Shown here in pieces: positions 30,534-42,125 of a stretch of 64,000 nucleotides of DNA. The notes under the pieces are model-generated. The model searched no databases. It saw only the letters and a program-made list of their open reading frames with translations, and was not told the origin of the DNA. A program made the position numbers and the translations under genes. The DNA comes from an uncultured delta proteobacterium (lineage in GTDB: Bacteria; Myxococcota_A; Polyangia; Polyangiales; Polyangiaceae), in contig CAWDXG010000004.1 of the NCBI GenBank assembly GCA_963806225.1, forward strand, positions 3,072,001 through 3,136,000, read 5' to 3'. Within the stretch, counting starts at the first letter, position 1. The number at the start of each line of letters is the position of its first letter.

Positions 30534-31472
30534 ATGGGGAAGAACACTGCGCGTGCTGGGTCGGGAGCTCTTCGACCCGCCGCGTGCTCCAGCGCGGCGG
30601 CCGCGCTCTTCCTGGCGACGACCCCAGCCTGGGCGCAACCCGCGCCGGCAGGCGCACAGCCACCTCCGCCGTCACCGCCCACAACCCAACCCGCACCGCT
30701 GCCTGCCAGCGAGGCTGCGCCCGCCACGACCCAGCCGGGCGCTGGCTCGAGCAACGGCTACGGATTGACGGCGGCCCCCGTCGGAGCCGCTACGGAACGT
30801 CAGGGGCTGCCGCGCTTCGCGCCCATCATCCGTGGTGGCCTGCTGGTCGGTGGCAGCGGCACGTGGAAGTCGTCGTGCGACGGCAACAATTGCGATAGCA
30901 GCTCCACCGACTCGCTCGACTACAGCCACAAGGTAGCCTTCGCGGTCAGCGCCGATTTCCTGTGGCGGCTCGGAAGCATCGTCCGCCTCGGCCCCGGCTT
31001 GATGTACGTGGGCGGCGAGTCGGTGAAGCTGGAATCGGGTCGCGTCCTCTACCCGAACAACAAGTCCGACCCGAGCATCGGCTCGGACCTCGCCATCGAC
31101 GCGGTCCTCGAGTTCGCCCCACAGGTCGCCGACACGGTGTGGCTGGCTCCACGGCTGCAACTCGGCATGGGGGTGCTCTTCCCCGGTGGCGATCTGAACG
31201 ACTACTACGACTACCAGAAGAGCTACTGCACGAACTCGGGACAACTCGACGGATGCGACTCGGTCGGCAACGCGAGCGTCGGATGGCATGCCGGCGTGGG
31301 CTTCGGCGTCGTCTTCAGCGTGAGCAACTCGGTGCGCCTGCGGGGCGATGTGTTCGCGCAGTATTACGCGTTCAAGCTGTATGGCGTCCAGGTCAAGCCT
31401 CCGGTCGACGCGAAGTACGCGGAGAACATCGCGAGCACGCGCGGCTTCCTGTTCTTCGGCATCGAGTTCTAG
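30534..31472 (+). CDS. Probable outer-membrane beta-barrel protein
   Basis: Signal peptide AWA|Q, Pro linker, amphipathic strands, C-terminal FFGIEF. Confidence 0.65.
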   Translation: MGKNTARAGSGALRPAACSSAAAALFLATTPAWAQPAPAGAQPPPPSPPTTQPAPLPASEAAPATTQPGAGSSNGYGLTAAPVGAATERQGLPRFAPIIRGGLLVGGSGTWKSSCDGNNCDSSSTDSLDYSHKVAFAVSADFLWRLGSIVRLGPGLMYVGGESVKLESGRVLYPNNKSDPSIGSDLAIDAVLEFAPQVADTVWLAPRLQLGMGVLFPGGDLNDYYDYQKSYCTNSGQLDGCDSVGNASVGWHAGVGFGVVFSVSNSVRLRGDVFAQYYAFKLYGVQVKPPVDAKYAENIASTRGFLFFGIEF

Positions 31473-31502
31473 CTTCCAGGGGCTACGGGAATAGGAACAG
31501 CG

Positions 31503-32222
31503 ATGAAACGAACCTTGATGATTGCAGCAGCAGCGCTTGTCGTGTCGTGCGCAAGCTACTTCCTCAAAGGCGCGAAGGAATACCGCGGCGGACCGCCACC
31601 GGGAGCCATCGCAAGCTTCACCGCCAAGACATGCACGGCGACGGCAACCGGCGAGAAGATGGGCGGACCCGAGGGTACGTACTACCTCGCGAACACCACG
31701 CGGGGGCCTGCGCTCTACGAGCTCGACGCCACGGGTCAGGGCTCCGCCATCACGAACTACTGGCGCGATGCCGAAGGGCACCACTTCGCGGCCTACGTCC
31801 GCGGTCACCAGGCGTGGGAGTACGTGCTGCCCGACGACCGCTCGAAGCCCGGCGTGCGCAAGGTGTTCCTGCAATACCAAATCCAGGGCACCCCGGGCGG
31901 CTTCCGCATCGAGGGGCAGCCCACGGCCACCTGCCCGCTGGTCAACCCGCAGGCGGCAGCGACACCCGCCGCACCCACCGCTTCAACGTCTGCGGCGCGG
32001 CCGCCCCCGCCGCCGCCGCCGGCAGTCTCCACGAGCGGAGTGGACGGCGGCGCGCCCGTCGCCGAGGGCGGCGCGCCTTCCCCCGCCCACCCCCAGGGGA
32101 TGATCTGCGTGCCCGGCTCCACCCAGGAGTGTGTGGGCAGCGGCGCCTGTCACGGCGGGCAGCACTGCCTGAGCGACGGCTCTGGCTACAGCCCGTGCGA
32201 CTGCGGCAAGAAGACAAAGTAG
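31503..32222 (+). CDS. Hypothetical lipoprotein with a C-terminal Cys-rich module
   Basis: Lipobox VVSC; C-terminal CVPGSTQECVG..C.GGQHC..DG.GYSPCDC. Confidence 0.7.
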   Translation: MKRTLMIAAAALVVSCASYFLKGAKEYRGGPPPGAIASFTAKTCTATATGEKMGGPEGTYYLANTTRGPALYELDATGQGSAITNYWRDAEGHHFAAYVRGHQAWEYVLPDDRSKPGVRKVFLQYQIQGTPGGFRIEGQPTATCPLVNPQAAATPAAPTASTSAARPPPPPPPAVSTSGVDGGAPVAEGGAPSPAHPQGMICVPGSTQECVGSGACHGGQHCLSDGSGYSPCDCGKKTK

Positions 32223-32388
32223 TCCGGCGGCTCAGCCGGACAGGTGGGCGTTCGCGCCCTATGCGCCCCTTGTCGACTAGAACTTCCGGCTAGCGATCAC
32301 GCGGGGTTATGGCGCCGCGCGCCAGCGGCGCCCGTCGCATGCCGGAAGCCGCCCGCCCGGGGATCTGCTATGTGAAGCACTTCGTCGC

Positions 32389-34621
32389 ATGGCAGAGGAC
32401 CTCCCCCGGGTGCTCCGTGCCGGTCGCGCTGCGAGGCGCGCGGCGGCGACCTTGCGCTCCCTGGTCCGTCCCAGCACCGCCGGCGCGCTGTATCTGACGC
32501 TGCTGTCGGGGCTGACGTTGGTCGCGACGCTCGGCGACGATCGAATCCAGGGCGTGCACGTGCACAGCGTGCACGAGCTCATCGCCACACACTTCCGCGG
32601 CGACGTGCTCAAGGCGGCCGGGCTGGTGATGGCCTTCGCCCTCCTGGCGGGGCTCGCCGGCGGCGCGCTCGCAGGCGTGCTGGTGCGGCTCCGCGATCGC
32701 CTCGCGGCGCGGCCGTCGCGCAGCACCGGCTCGCTCGCCTTCCATTCTCTGCTGCTGCTGGCGGTCGCGCATGCCGTCTTCTGGCTGCACGATGTGGCCG
32801 TCCGCCCGCAGCTCTACGACCAGACGCTCTACGCGCGCGGCGGAGCCAAAAAGGCGCTAGAACTCCTGGTCACACACGACCTTGGGCCGCACGGCGTGCT
32901 CACGCTCGGCCTGCTGGCTCTCGCGCTGTGGCTCGCGCTCCCCCTCAGGCCCTGGGCGGAGCTACCGAGCCGCGTGAAGCTCCGCCTGGCAACGGCACGC
33001 TCGCCGCTCGCGGGCACGCTGCTCAAGCCGCCGGTGCTCGCCGCGAGTGCCATCACGCTCGCGCTACTGGCGGTCGGCTTCGTCGACAGCGTCCCGCGGC
33101 GCGTGAAGCCCAAGGGCTCGCGGCCCAACGTGCTCATCGTCGCCGCCGATTCGCTCCGCGCCGATCGCATCACGCCGCGCATCGCGCCGCACATGGCCGC
33201 CCTCGCACACCGCGGCGTCCGCTTCGAGCGCGCCTATGTCCCGGTGCCGCGCACCTTTCCGTCGTGGGTCAGCATCGCGACCGGGCTGTATCCGCACCAT
33301 CACGGCGTGCGCAACATGTTCCCGCGCTGGGAGGAGCGGCAGCGCGATCTGCACGCGATGCCGGAAAGCTTCGCGCACGCGGGCTACCAGACGGCCGTGG
33401 TGAGCGACTTTGCCGGGGACATCTTCCGGCGCGTCGACCTCGGTTATTCGCGCATCCACACGCCGACGTTCAACCTGCGCGAGCTCATCCGCGAGCGCAC
33501 GCTCGACGCCGAGACGCCGCTGTTGCCGCTGTTCGGGCTGCGCGCGGTAGCCAGCCCTGCTCCCGAGCCTGCACGAGCTCCACAACGCGGCCAACGCCTC
33601 GTGGGTGACGAGGGACGCCCTCGGCGAGATCGATCGCGCCGACGGGCGCCCGTTCCTGGTCACGGTCTTCTACTCGACCGCGCACTTTCCCTACGCGGCG
33701 CCGGCGCCGTACTACTCGCGCTTTGCCGACCCGGCCTACCGTGGCCGCTTCCGCTACGACAAGGCCGAGCTGCTTGGGCGCGAGAAGCCTCCCGACGCCG
33801 CCGACGTGAAGCAGGTCCGCGCGCTGTACGACGGCGCGGTCGCCGCCGTGGACGATGCCGTGGCGGACCTCCTCGCCGGACTCCGGGCACGCGGGCTGGA
33901 GCGCGACACGATCGTCGTCTTGACCGCCGACCACGGCGAGTCGCTGTACGAGCCCGGCCGCGGCCAGGGCCACGGCGACCACCTGTTCGGCGAGGAAACG
34001 ACGAAGGTACCGCTGATCATCTACAACCCGCGCGCTCCCGGAGCGCACCGTGTTCCCCAGGTGGTGCAGAGCACCGACATCGCCCCGACGCTGTGCGCGC
34101 TCGCCCGGGTTCGCTGTCACCCGGGCATGGACGGCCGTTCGCTCGTGCCGTTGCTTTCGGGCCGCACGCTGCCGCCGCGTCCGGCTTTCGCCGAGACCGG
34201 GCTCTGGTTCACCGGGTCGATCCCCGAGGTGCCGCCGGGCCTGAGGCTTCCCTACCCCGATCTGCCGCACCTGAGCGAAGTGCTGCCCGATCACGACAAC
34301 GAGATCGTGATCCGCAAGCGCTACGAGAAGCTGACGGTGACGGCCAAGCACCGCATGATCGAAAACGAGCGCTACAAGCTCTTGTACATCCCGACGCGCG
34401 ACGGCGTGAAGTGGCAGCTGTACGACGCCATCGCCGACCCGGAGGAGCAGCACAACGTCCTCGGCCAGCACCCCGAGGTGGCGAAGAAGCTCGAGCGCCG
34501 ACTGTGGCGCTGGATGCTCCAGGATCGCCGCCTGGAACGACGCACGGGCTACCTGCTGCCGCGCCCTGGCGCCTTCGGTGGCGGCGAGACGGATCACGCC
34601 GTCACGCTCGGAGGCTCGTGA
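32389..34621 (+). CDS. Membrane-anchored sulfatase-like (alkaline phosphatase superfamily) protein 1 (one +1 frameshift near 33550)
   Basis: About 5 TM segments, PNVLIVAADSLRAD, PRTFPSW..TGLYP..HG; continues in ORF 33605-34621 (HFPY, LTADHGE, LYD..DPEE). Confidence 0.85.
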
Positions 34622-37233
34622 AGCGGAGCGAGCTCGCGGTCCGCGCGGGGATCGGCCTGCTCGGTGTCGGCGCGCTCGCCGCGATCGTGAAACTGCGCGA
34701 GCCGGCCGTCGCCCGGGCGCCGTCGGTGTCCGCTGCGCCGGCATCCGCATCCGCGGCGCCCAAAGCCCGCGAACGGCGTTCAGGGGACCTGGCCGTGGAG
34801 CTGCGCCTCGTCGATCTGCTGGACGAGGCCGTGTACGACGCGCCGAAGCTCTCGAAGGCGACGGCACACCTCGAGTACTGGCGCCGCATGCGCTCACCCT
34901 ACGTGGGTCCGGGCGGACCGCTGGGACGGGTCGTGCAGGAGGTGAGCATCGTCGGCGAGGGCGGTGCCCACCAGTTTTCGATGGGCCTCGGGCACGGCAA
35001 GGTGTGGAAGCCCGATCTGCACATCTGGAACATGGCCGAGGGCAGCTTCTACCAGCGCGAGGCGATCCTCGCGCCGCCGCCGGCGCGCATCCGCTATCAC
35101 GTCACCCTGCCGCCGGGTGCGGTGTTCGAAGCGGCCCCGGCGGCGATCGGCCAAGCGGCAGCCGTGCGCTTCGAGGTCGCCGTCAAGCGCCCGGGACATC
35201 CGCGCGAGGTGGTAGCCCGCCGCGAGGTGAAGGGCTCGGGAACGCGCCGCTGGCAGGATTTCACCGTCGATCTGTCTCGCTTCGGCGGACAGACGGTCGA
35301 TCTCGAGCTCGGCACGGCTCTCTTGAAGCCGGGCCGGGCCACGCCGGTCGCCCTCTGGGGTACGCCGGTGGTGCTGGCGCCCGGCGCCAGCGATGTGCCG
35401 ATGAACGTGCTGTTCTTCGTGGTGGACGCGCTGCGCGGCGACGCCATCGCGCGCACCCACGACGACGCCACCGATCAGCGCATGGCCCACGCGAAGCACC
35501 CGCCGTTCGAAGCGTGGCTGCCGCGCATGCCGGAAGTCGCGCCGAACCTCGACAAGCTAGCGGACAGCGGCGTGATCTTCACCCAGGCGTTCTCTGGTGC
35601 CACCTGGACGCGGCCCGGCACGATCGCGATGCTTACCGGATCGCGATCGGGGGATCTCGGCCTGGGCCCGCTTTCGCTGGTTCCGCCCAAGGCGGAGCTT
35701 TCGCGCTTCTACCGCCGCCATCCGCCGTTCCTGCCGCTCCTGCTCCGGCCGTACGGCGTCACCACGCGTGCCATCGTCAACAACTTCTACATGGCGGGCT
35801 ACGCCGGCGCGGGCGTGGACATGGGTTTCGAAGGGGTGGTCGACCACCGCTACGAGAACGAGGACACGAAGCACATCGCCGACGACACCATCGCCTGGCT
35901 CGGCAAGAACACCCGGCGTCGCTTCGCCCTGTTCGTCAACTTCGACTCGCCGCACTCGCCGTACACGCCGCCGAAGGGCGCGCTTCACGCCATCCCGCCG
36001 CCACCGCGCGCACCGGCCGACCCCATCGTCCGCAAGTACCTGGCCGAGATCCACAAGGACGACGCCGCCATCGGCCGCGTCGTCGCCGCGCTCGACAAGC
36101 TCGGCCTGCGCCAGCGCACCTTCATCGTGGTCACGGCCGACCACGGCGAGACGCTGTCGCGCGATCACGACGGCGTGCCGCTCAAGCTCGAAGGCGGGCC
36201 GCCCATCTCCGGCCGCTTCCACCATCTGTCGACCATCTGGCAGGAGACCACGCGCGTTCCGATCATCATGAGCTACCCCGCCCGGCTGCCCAGGGGGGTG
36301 CGCGTGAAGACGCCGGTGCAGACGACCGACATCGTCCCCACCATCCTCGATCTCGCCGGCATCAAGGAGCACCCGCGGATGGAGGGCCGGTCTCTGGTAC
36401 AGCTGGCGCGCGGCGGGCACGAGCCGGACCGCCCGGTGATCACCGAAGGGCGCGGCACACGCTCGATCCAGGACAAGGGCTTCCGGCTGATCGTGCGCGA
36501 CCGCGTCGCCCAGCTCGTGCGCGAACACGGCCAGAGGAAGAAGCTGCACTACGAGCTGTACGACCTGTCCGACGACCCCGGCGAGCGCGTGAACGTCGCA
36601 CAGGCTCACCCCGACCTGGTCCAGCGCCTGCAGTCGGAGCTCCAGAAGAGCATCCAGAGCGCGGAGGCGAGGAGCGAGAAGAAGGCCACCGGAGGCCTGC
36701 CCAGCCTGCGGTTGCGCTTCTCGGGAGCGGGCGCGGCGCACCGGGTGGAGGGCAGCATCCGCCCGCACCAGCGCGAGGGGGCGACACCGGCCAAGCTCTC
36801 GGCCACGCTGGTCGGTCTATCCGCGGCCTCGCTCAGGCGCTCCGGCAGCTCGCTCCAGCTGTCGTTCAGCACCAGGCCCGGCGCGCTGGTCGGCGTCGAT
36901 CTCGTGGTGGATCCGCCGACGACGGACCTGTCCTGGCAGTTCAAGCTGGACGGCAAGCCCTGGCCGGCGACACGCGTCTACGCTGGCGGCTTCGGCCTGC
37001 GCGCGGAGAACCTGGCAGACGGCGTCCAGGGCCCCGCGGGGCGCCTGCGCGCCGGTGCCGACATGCAGCCGGAGGTGGACCCGGAGCGCGATCTCGGCCT
37101 CTTCGTCACGCGTGATCGCGTCGCCCACGAGGTCGAGCTCGAGAACGTCGCCGCCGCCTCGCAGGAGACGATGCAGCTCATGAAGGCGTGGGGCTACGTG
37201 CGCAGCGGACAGGACCGTCAGAGCGGGAAGTAG
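34618..37233 (+). CDS. Membrane-anchored sulfatase-like protein 2
   Basis: GTGA overlap with the upstream gene; NVLFFVVDALRGD, WTRPGTIAMLTG, PHSPY, VTADHGE, ELYDLSDDPGE, C-terminal MKAWGYV. Confidence 0.85.
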   Translation: MKRSELAVRAGIGLLGVGALAAIVKLREPAVARAPSVSAAPASASAAPKARERRSGDLAVELRLVDLLDEAVYDAPKLSKATAHLEYWRRMRSPYVGPGGPLGRVVQEVSIVGEGGAHQFSMGLGHGKVWKPDLHIWNMAEGSFYQREAILAPPPARIRYHVTLPPGAVFEAAPAAIGQAAAVRFEVAVKRPGHPREVVARREVKGSGTRRWQDFTVDLSRFGGQTVDLELGTALLKPGRATPVALWGTPVVLAPGASDVPMNVLFFVVDALRGDAIARTHDDATDQRMAHAKHPPFEAWLPRMPEVAPNLDKLADSGVIFTQAFSGATWTRPGTIAMLTGSRSGDLGLGPLSLVPPKAELSRFYRRHPPFLPLLLRPYGVTTRAIVNNFYMAGYAGAGVDMGFEGVVDHRYENEDTKHIADDTIAWLGKNTRRRFALFVNFDSPHSPYTPPKGALHAIPPPPRAPADPIVRKYLAEIHKDDAAIGRVVAALDKLGLRQRTFIVVTADHGETLSRDHDGVPLKLEGGPPISGRFHHLSTIWQETTRVPIIMSYPARLPRGVRVKTPVQTTDIVPTILDLAGIKEHPRMEGRSLVQLARGGHEPDRPVITEGRGTRSIQDKGFRLIVRDRVAQLVREHGQRKKLHYELYDLSDDPGERVNVAQAHPDLVQRLQSELQKSIQSAEARSEKKATGGLPSLRLRFSGAGAAHRVEGSIRPHQREGATPAKLSATLVGLSAASLRRSGSSLQLSFSTRPGALVGVDLVVDPPTTDLSWQFKLDGKPWPATRVYAGGFGLRAENLADGVQGPAGRLRAGADMQPEVDPERDLGLFVTRDRVAHEVELENVAAASQETMQLMKAWGYVRSGQDRQSGK

Positions 37234-37286
37234 CCTCGCGAGCCGCTACGCGAGCACCGCGCGGGCGCGCGCGGCGGGTAGACATG

Positions 37287-37685
37287 TCAACGTGGCCCGG
37301 CGAGCTGCCCGCGCGGGCGCGGGCCGAAGCACAGCGAGCGCACGTGGCGCTGGCGCGGCTTCTCGCCCTCGTGGACCGCGTACACGGGGCCGAGCGCACG
37401 CCAGGGCGAGCAGGGCCAGCCCTTGGCCGGCGGCTTCACCCGGCGGCGCCGGGCCGGCTCCGCAACGCGGCGGCGATGCGGAAGCGATGCGCGGATCAGC
37501 TGCGGCGGCAGCCTGATGATCGCGGGCTGGGCGAGCGCTGGAGCGCGCGCTGCCTCGCTCCCGGCGGCGTGCGGCGCTCCAGCGGCGTGCTCCGCCGCGC
37601 TGGAGTGGACGGTAAAGCGGGCCGCCGCGACGAACGCGAGGCAACCCACGACAACGGCGGAAACTGCAACAATCGGTCGTGCCAT
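37287..37685 (-). CDS. Small hypothetical protein with an N-terminal hydrophobic segment
   Basis: MARPIVAVSAVVVGCLAFVAA..; a possible sigma54 site directly upstream. Confidence 0.4.
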   Translation of the reverse strand: MARPIVAVSAVVVGCLAFVAAARFTVHSSAAEHAAGAPHAAGSEAARAPALAQPAIIRLPPQLIRASLPHRRRVAEPARRRRVKPPAKGWPCSPWRALGPVYAVHEGEKPRQRHVRSLCFGPRPRGQLAGPR

Positions 37686-37850
37686 GCGCGGCGCCCTAGC
37701 GAGCGGCGTGCCGTTCGCCGATCCGCCGGCTTTTCCCGACGGATCGCCATTCCGGAGCGCTCCGGGGGGGTGGCGGCGCCAGGTCCCGCCAGTGGCGGCC
37801 GCCACCCCCGAGGTTGAACGCGGGAGGCGCGTGTGGGCAGATCCCCCGCG

Positions 37851-38633
37851 ATGAAACCCATCGCGGAGCTTCCGGCGGAAGAAGCGCGTGGCCTGTCGGG
37901 CCTCTTGTTCGATCTCGACGACACGCTGCTCGATCACGGACGCCTCGGCGAAGCGGCCTACTCGGCCCTGTTCCGCCTGCGCGAGAGCGGGCTCTCCCTG
38001 GTGGCGGTGACGGGGCGCCCCGCTGGCTGGGGTGCGCTCCTGGCGCGGCAGTGGCCGATCGACGGCTGCGTGACCGAGAACGGCGCCGTCGCCCTGTACC
38101 GCGAAGGCGACGTGCTGCGCCGGCTCGACGCGGTCGACGAACAGGAACGTCGGCGCCGCCGCCTGCGCATCGCGGAGATCGTCGCGACCCTGCAGGAACG
38201 CATCCCGGAGTTGTCGCCCGCCGACGACGTGGACGCGCGCGTCAGCGACTTCACGTTCGATATCGGCGAACGCAGGAAGCTCCGCGTGGAGCTCGTCGAC
38301 CAGGCGGCGGAGCTTGCCGCGGAGCTCGGCGCGCGCACCACCCGCTCCAGCGTACACCTGCACGTCACGCTGGACGGCGCCGACAAGGCATCCGGCACGC
38401 TCGCCCTCTTGCACCACCTGAGCGGCCTGGACCGCACGATCGCGCGCTTTTGCCACGCCTTCATCGGCGACAGCCAGAACGACGAGGCGTGCTTCTCGGC
38501 CTTCCGCACCACGATCGGCGTCCAGAACCTCAGCGGCCGCCCCACGGTGCCGCCGCGCTTCGTGACGAGCGCGGCGTACGGCGCGGGCTTCGCCGAGGCC
38601 GCGCGGACGATCGTGGAACGGCGAGCGCGCTAG
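37851..38633 (+). CDS. HAD-superfamily hydrolase, subfamily IIB
   Basis: FDLDDTL, VTGR, VTENGA, DK, FIGDSQND. Confidence 0.88.
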   Translation: MKPIAELPAEEARGLSGLLFDLDDTLLDHGRLGEAAYSALFRLRESGLSLVAVTGRPAGWGALLARQWPIDGCVTENGAVALYREGDVLRRLDAVDEQERRRRRLRIAEIVATLQERIPELSPADDVDARVSDFTFDIGERRKLRVELVDQAAELAAELGARTTRSSVHLHVTLDGADKASGTLALLHHLSGLDRTIARFCHAFIGDSQNDEACFSAFRTTIGVQNLSGRPTVPPRFVTSAAYGAGFAEAARTIVERRAR

Positions 38634-39722
38634 CGCTCCGCCCGGCCGTCGACCTCGCGGGGCACCAGACTGTGCGCCAGAGCCACGAGTTCCAGGCGGC
38701 TCTTCACGCCCAGCTTGCGCATCGCGCGCCGCACGTGGACGCGATACGTCGTGGGCGCGATGCCGAGCGCATAGGCTGCCAGCTCGTCGCTGTGCCCGAT
38801 CGCGGATAGGATCACCGCCTGGCGCTCGCGACGCGTCAGCCGGCGATCCTCGGCGGTGTGCGGCGGGTTCTCGTGGGCGACGAAGAAGCGCCGCCCGTCC
38901 GAATCGAACACATCGACCAGCGACCACTTTCCAGCAAACAGCCCCTGCCACAGCTCCAACGCGCGCGGCGTGTCCCGGCGGAACTCACGGCTGCGCGCAC
39001 GGTCGACGGCGCGCACGGCGGCCCTGAGATGATCCAGCGCGCCGTCGCCCGCCTGGGTCGAGGCGTGCAGCAGTTTCTGCCCGCTCGCGTCGAAGATCGC
39101 CTGCGCCGAGTCGAGCGCCAGCTGCGGCGTCGGATCGTCGAGCACGCGCCTCAGGCGCAGCGCCGCCGCCAGGTGCACGGCCACGCGCTGCCACACGTGC
39201 CGCGCGGCAGGGGGCACGCTGCTGTGACTGTCCTGCCCGCACATGATGCACAGCGCATGACCGGAAGTGTCGGCGCCCTGGATGTTCAGACTGTCGCGGA
39301 TGCCCAGCGGATGCATCCTGCGGAGCGTACAACGCATCGAGCATCGACAGGTCCAGCCCCCATCCCGCCATCGCCTCGGACGTGGTCTGGCACGCGAGCG
39401 TGCTGTGGATCGTCGGTCCGGTGATCGGGTTGTCGCGGGCCACAGCGTCCGCCTCGAGGAACGCCTCGACCAGCTCCTCCTGGTGCGGCATCACGCTATG
39501 CCCGACCAGCGAGAACGGCGGCGGATCCGGAGAATATTGCGCCACCAGCGCGCTAGCACCGAGCGGGCGCGCTGCTTCTGCGATGCCCGAAAGCCATTCT
39601 TCGCGATTGCCGCCGAGGCGGTACGCGGCCTCGAGAACGGACAGAGCCGGCTCGCTCCGCACCGCTACCCGCTGCTCCTCGACGAAAGACCCGGTGTCCC
39701 CATACGATCCGTCCAGCAGCAT
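38630..39722 (-). CDS. LuxR-family HTH transcriptional regulator (one +1 frameshift near 39330)
   Basis: C-terminal LTRRERQ..GHSDELAAYALGIAPTT..HVRRAMRKLGVKSR; WSLVDVFDSDGRRF. Confidence 0.8.
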
Positions 39723-39782
39723 ACCCTAGCCGGAGCGCAATCGCATTTGCCGCCCGTGGCGGGCGTCGCTATGCCTCCGGGC

Positions 39783-41191
<1,409 letters not shown>

Positions 41192-41202
41192 TAGAAGGCG
41201 GC

Positions 41203-42125
41203 GTGACACGGCATTTCCTCGAGCTGTCCGATCTGGGCCGTGACGGCCTGCTCCGCCTGCTGGACGCGGCGGACCAGCTTCCGCGAGGGGCGCGGAACCC
41301 CGGATGCGCCGCGGCCTCTGACCGGCAGGTCGGTGGCGCTGGTGTTCGAGAAGGCCTCCACGCGCACCCGCATCTCGCTGGAGGTCGCGCGTCGCAGAGC
41401 TGGGCGGCCATCCGCTGGTCGTGACCAGCGCGGGCTCGCAGATGGGACGCGGCGAGCCGATCGCGGACACGGCGCGCGTGCTGTCGCGCATGGTGCACGG
41501 CGATCACCCTGCGCACCGCGGGCCACGATCGGCTGCTGGAGCTTTCGCGAGCACAGCAGCGTACCGGTGCTCAACGCGCTGACCGACAAGAGCCACCCGA
41601 TGCAGCTGCTGGCCGATCTGCAGACGGTGCGGCGCGTGCGCGGCAGGCTCGAGGGTCTTCGCTACGCCTGGATCGGCGACGGCAACAACATGGCCAATTC
41701 CTGGATCGAGGCGGCGGGGCTGCTCGGCCTCGAGCTCCGGCTGGCCTGCCCGGAAGGCTACGATCCGGACGCCGGGCGAGCTCGCGCGCGCGAAGGAGCG
41801 CGGCGGCAAGGTGGAGGTCGTACGCGATCCGCGGCAGGCGGCCGAAGGCGCGGACGTGATCAGCACCGACGTGTTCGCGAGCATGGGGCAGGAAGCCGAA
41901 CAGGCCGAACGCCTGCGCGCGTTCGCGGGCATGCGCGTCACCCAGGCGCTCGTCGACGCAGCCTCGCGCGAGGTCGTGGTGCTGCATTGTCTGCCCGCAC
42001 ACCGCGGCGAGGAAATCGACGCCGAGGTGCTGGAGGGACCGCGGAGCTTCGTGTGGGATCAGGCTGAAGCGCGGCTGCACACGGCCAAGGCGGTGCTGGC
42101 CTGGGCGCTCGAAGAAGATGCATGA
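41203..42125 (+). CDS. argF: Ornithine carbamoyltransferase (several apparent frameshifts)
   Basis: [61 protein letters not shown]. Confidence 0.9.

Noticed and set aside
32389..37233. Single 1614-aa double-sulfatase ORF
   Set aside because: Artefact: a +1 shift near 33550 moves gene 1 into another frame. The middle of the long ORF is non-coding-frame sequence, and gene 2 starts at GTG 34618.
37698..37713. Third sigma54 site (CGGCACGCCGCTCGCT, minus strand)
   Set aside because: Spacing is right but the match is weaker, and the downstream ORF is itself uncertain, so it is not listed as a feature.
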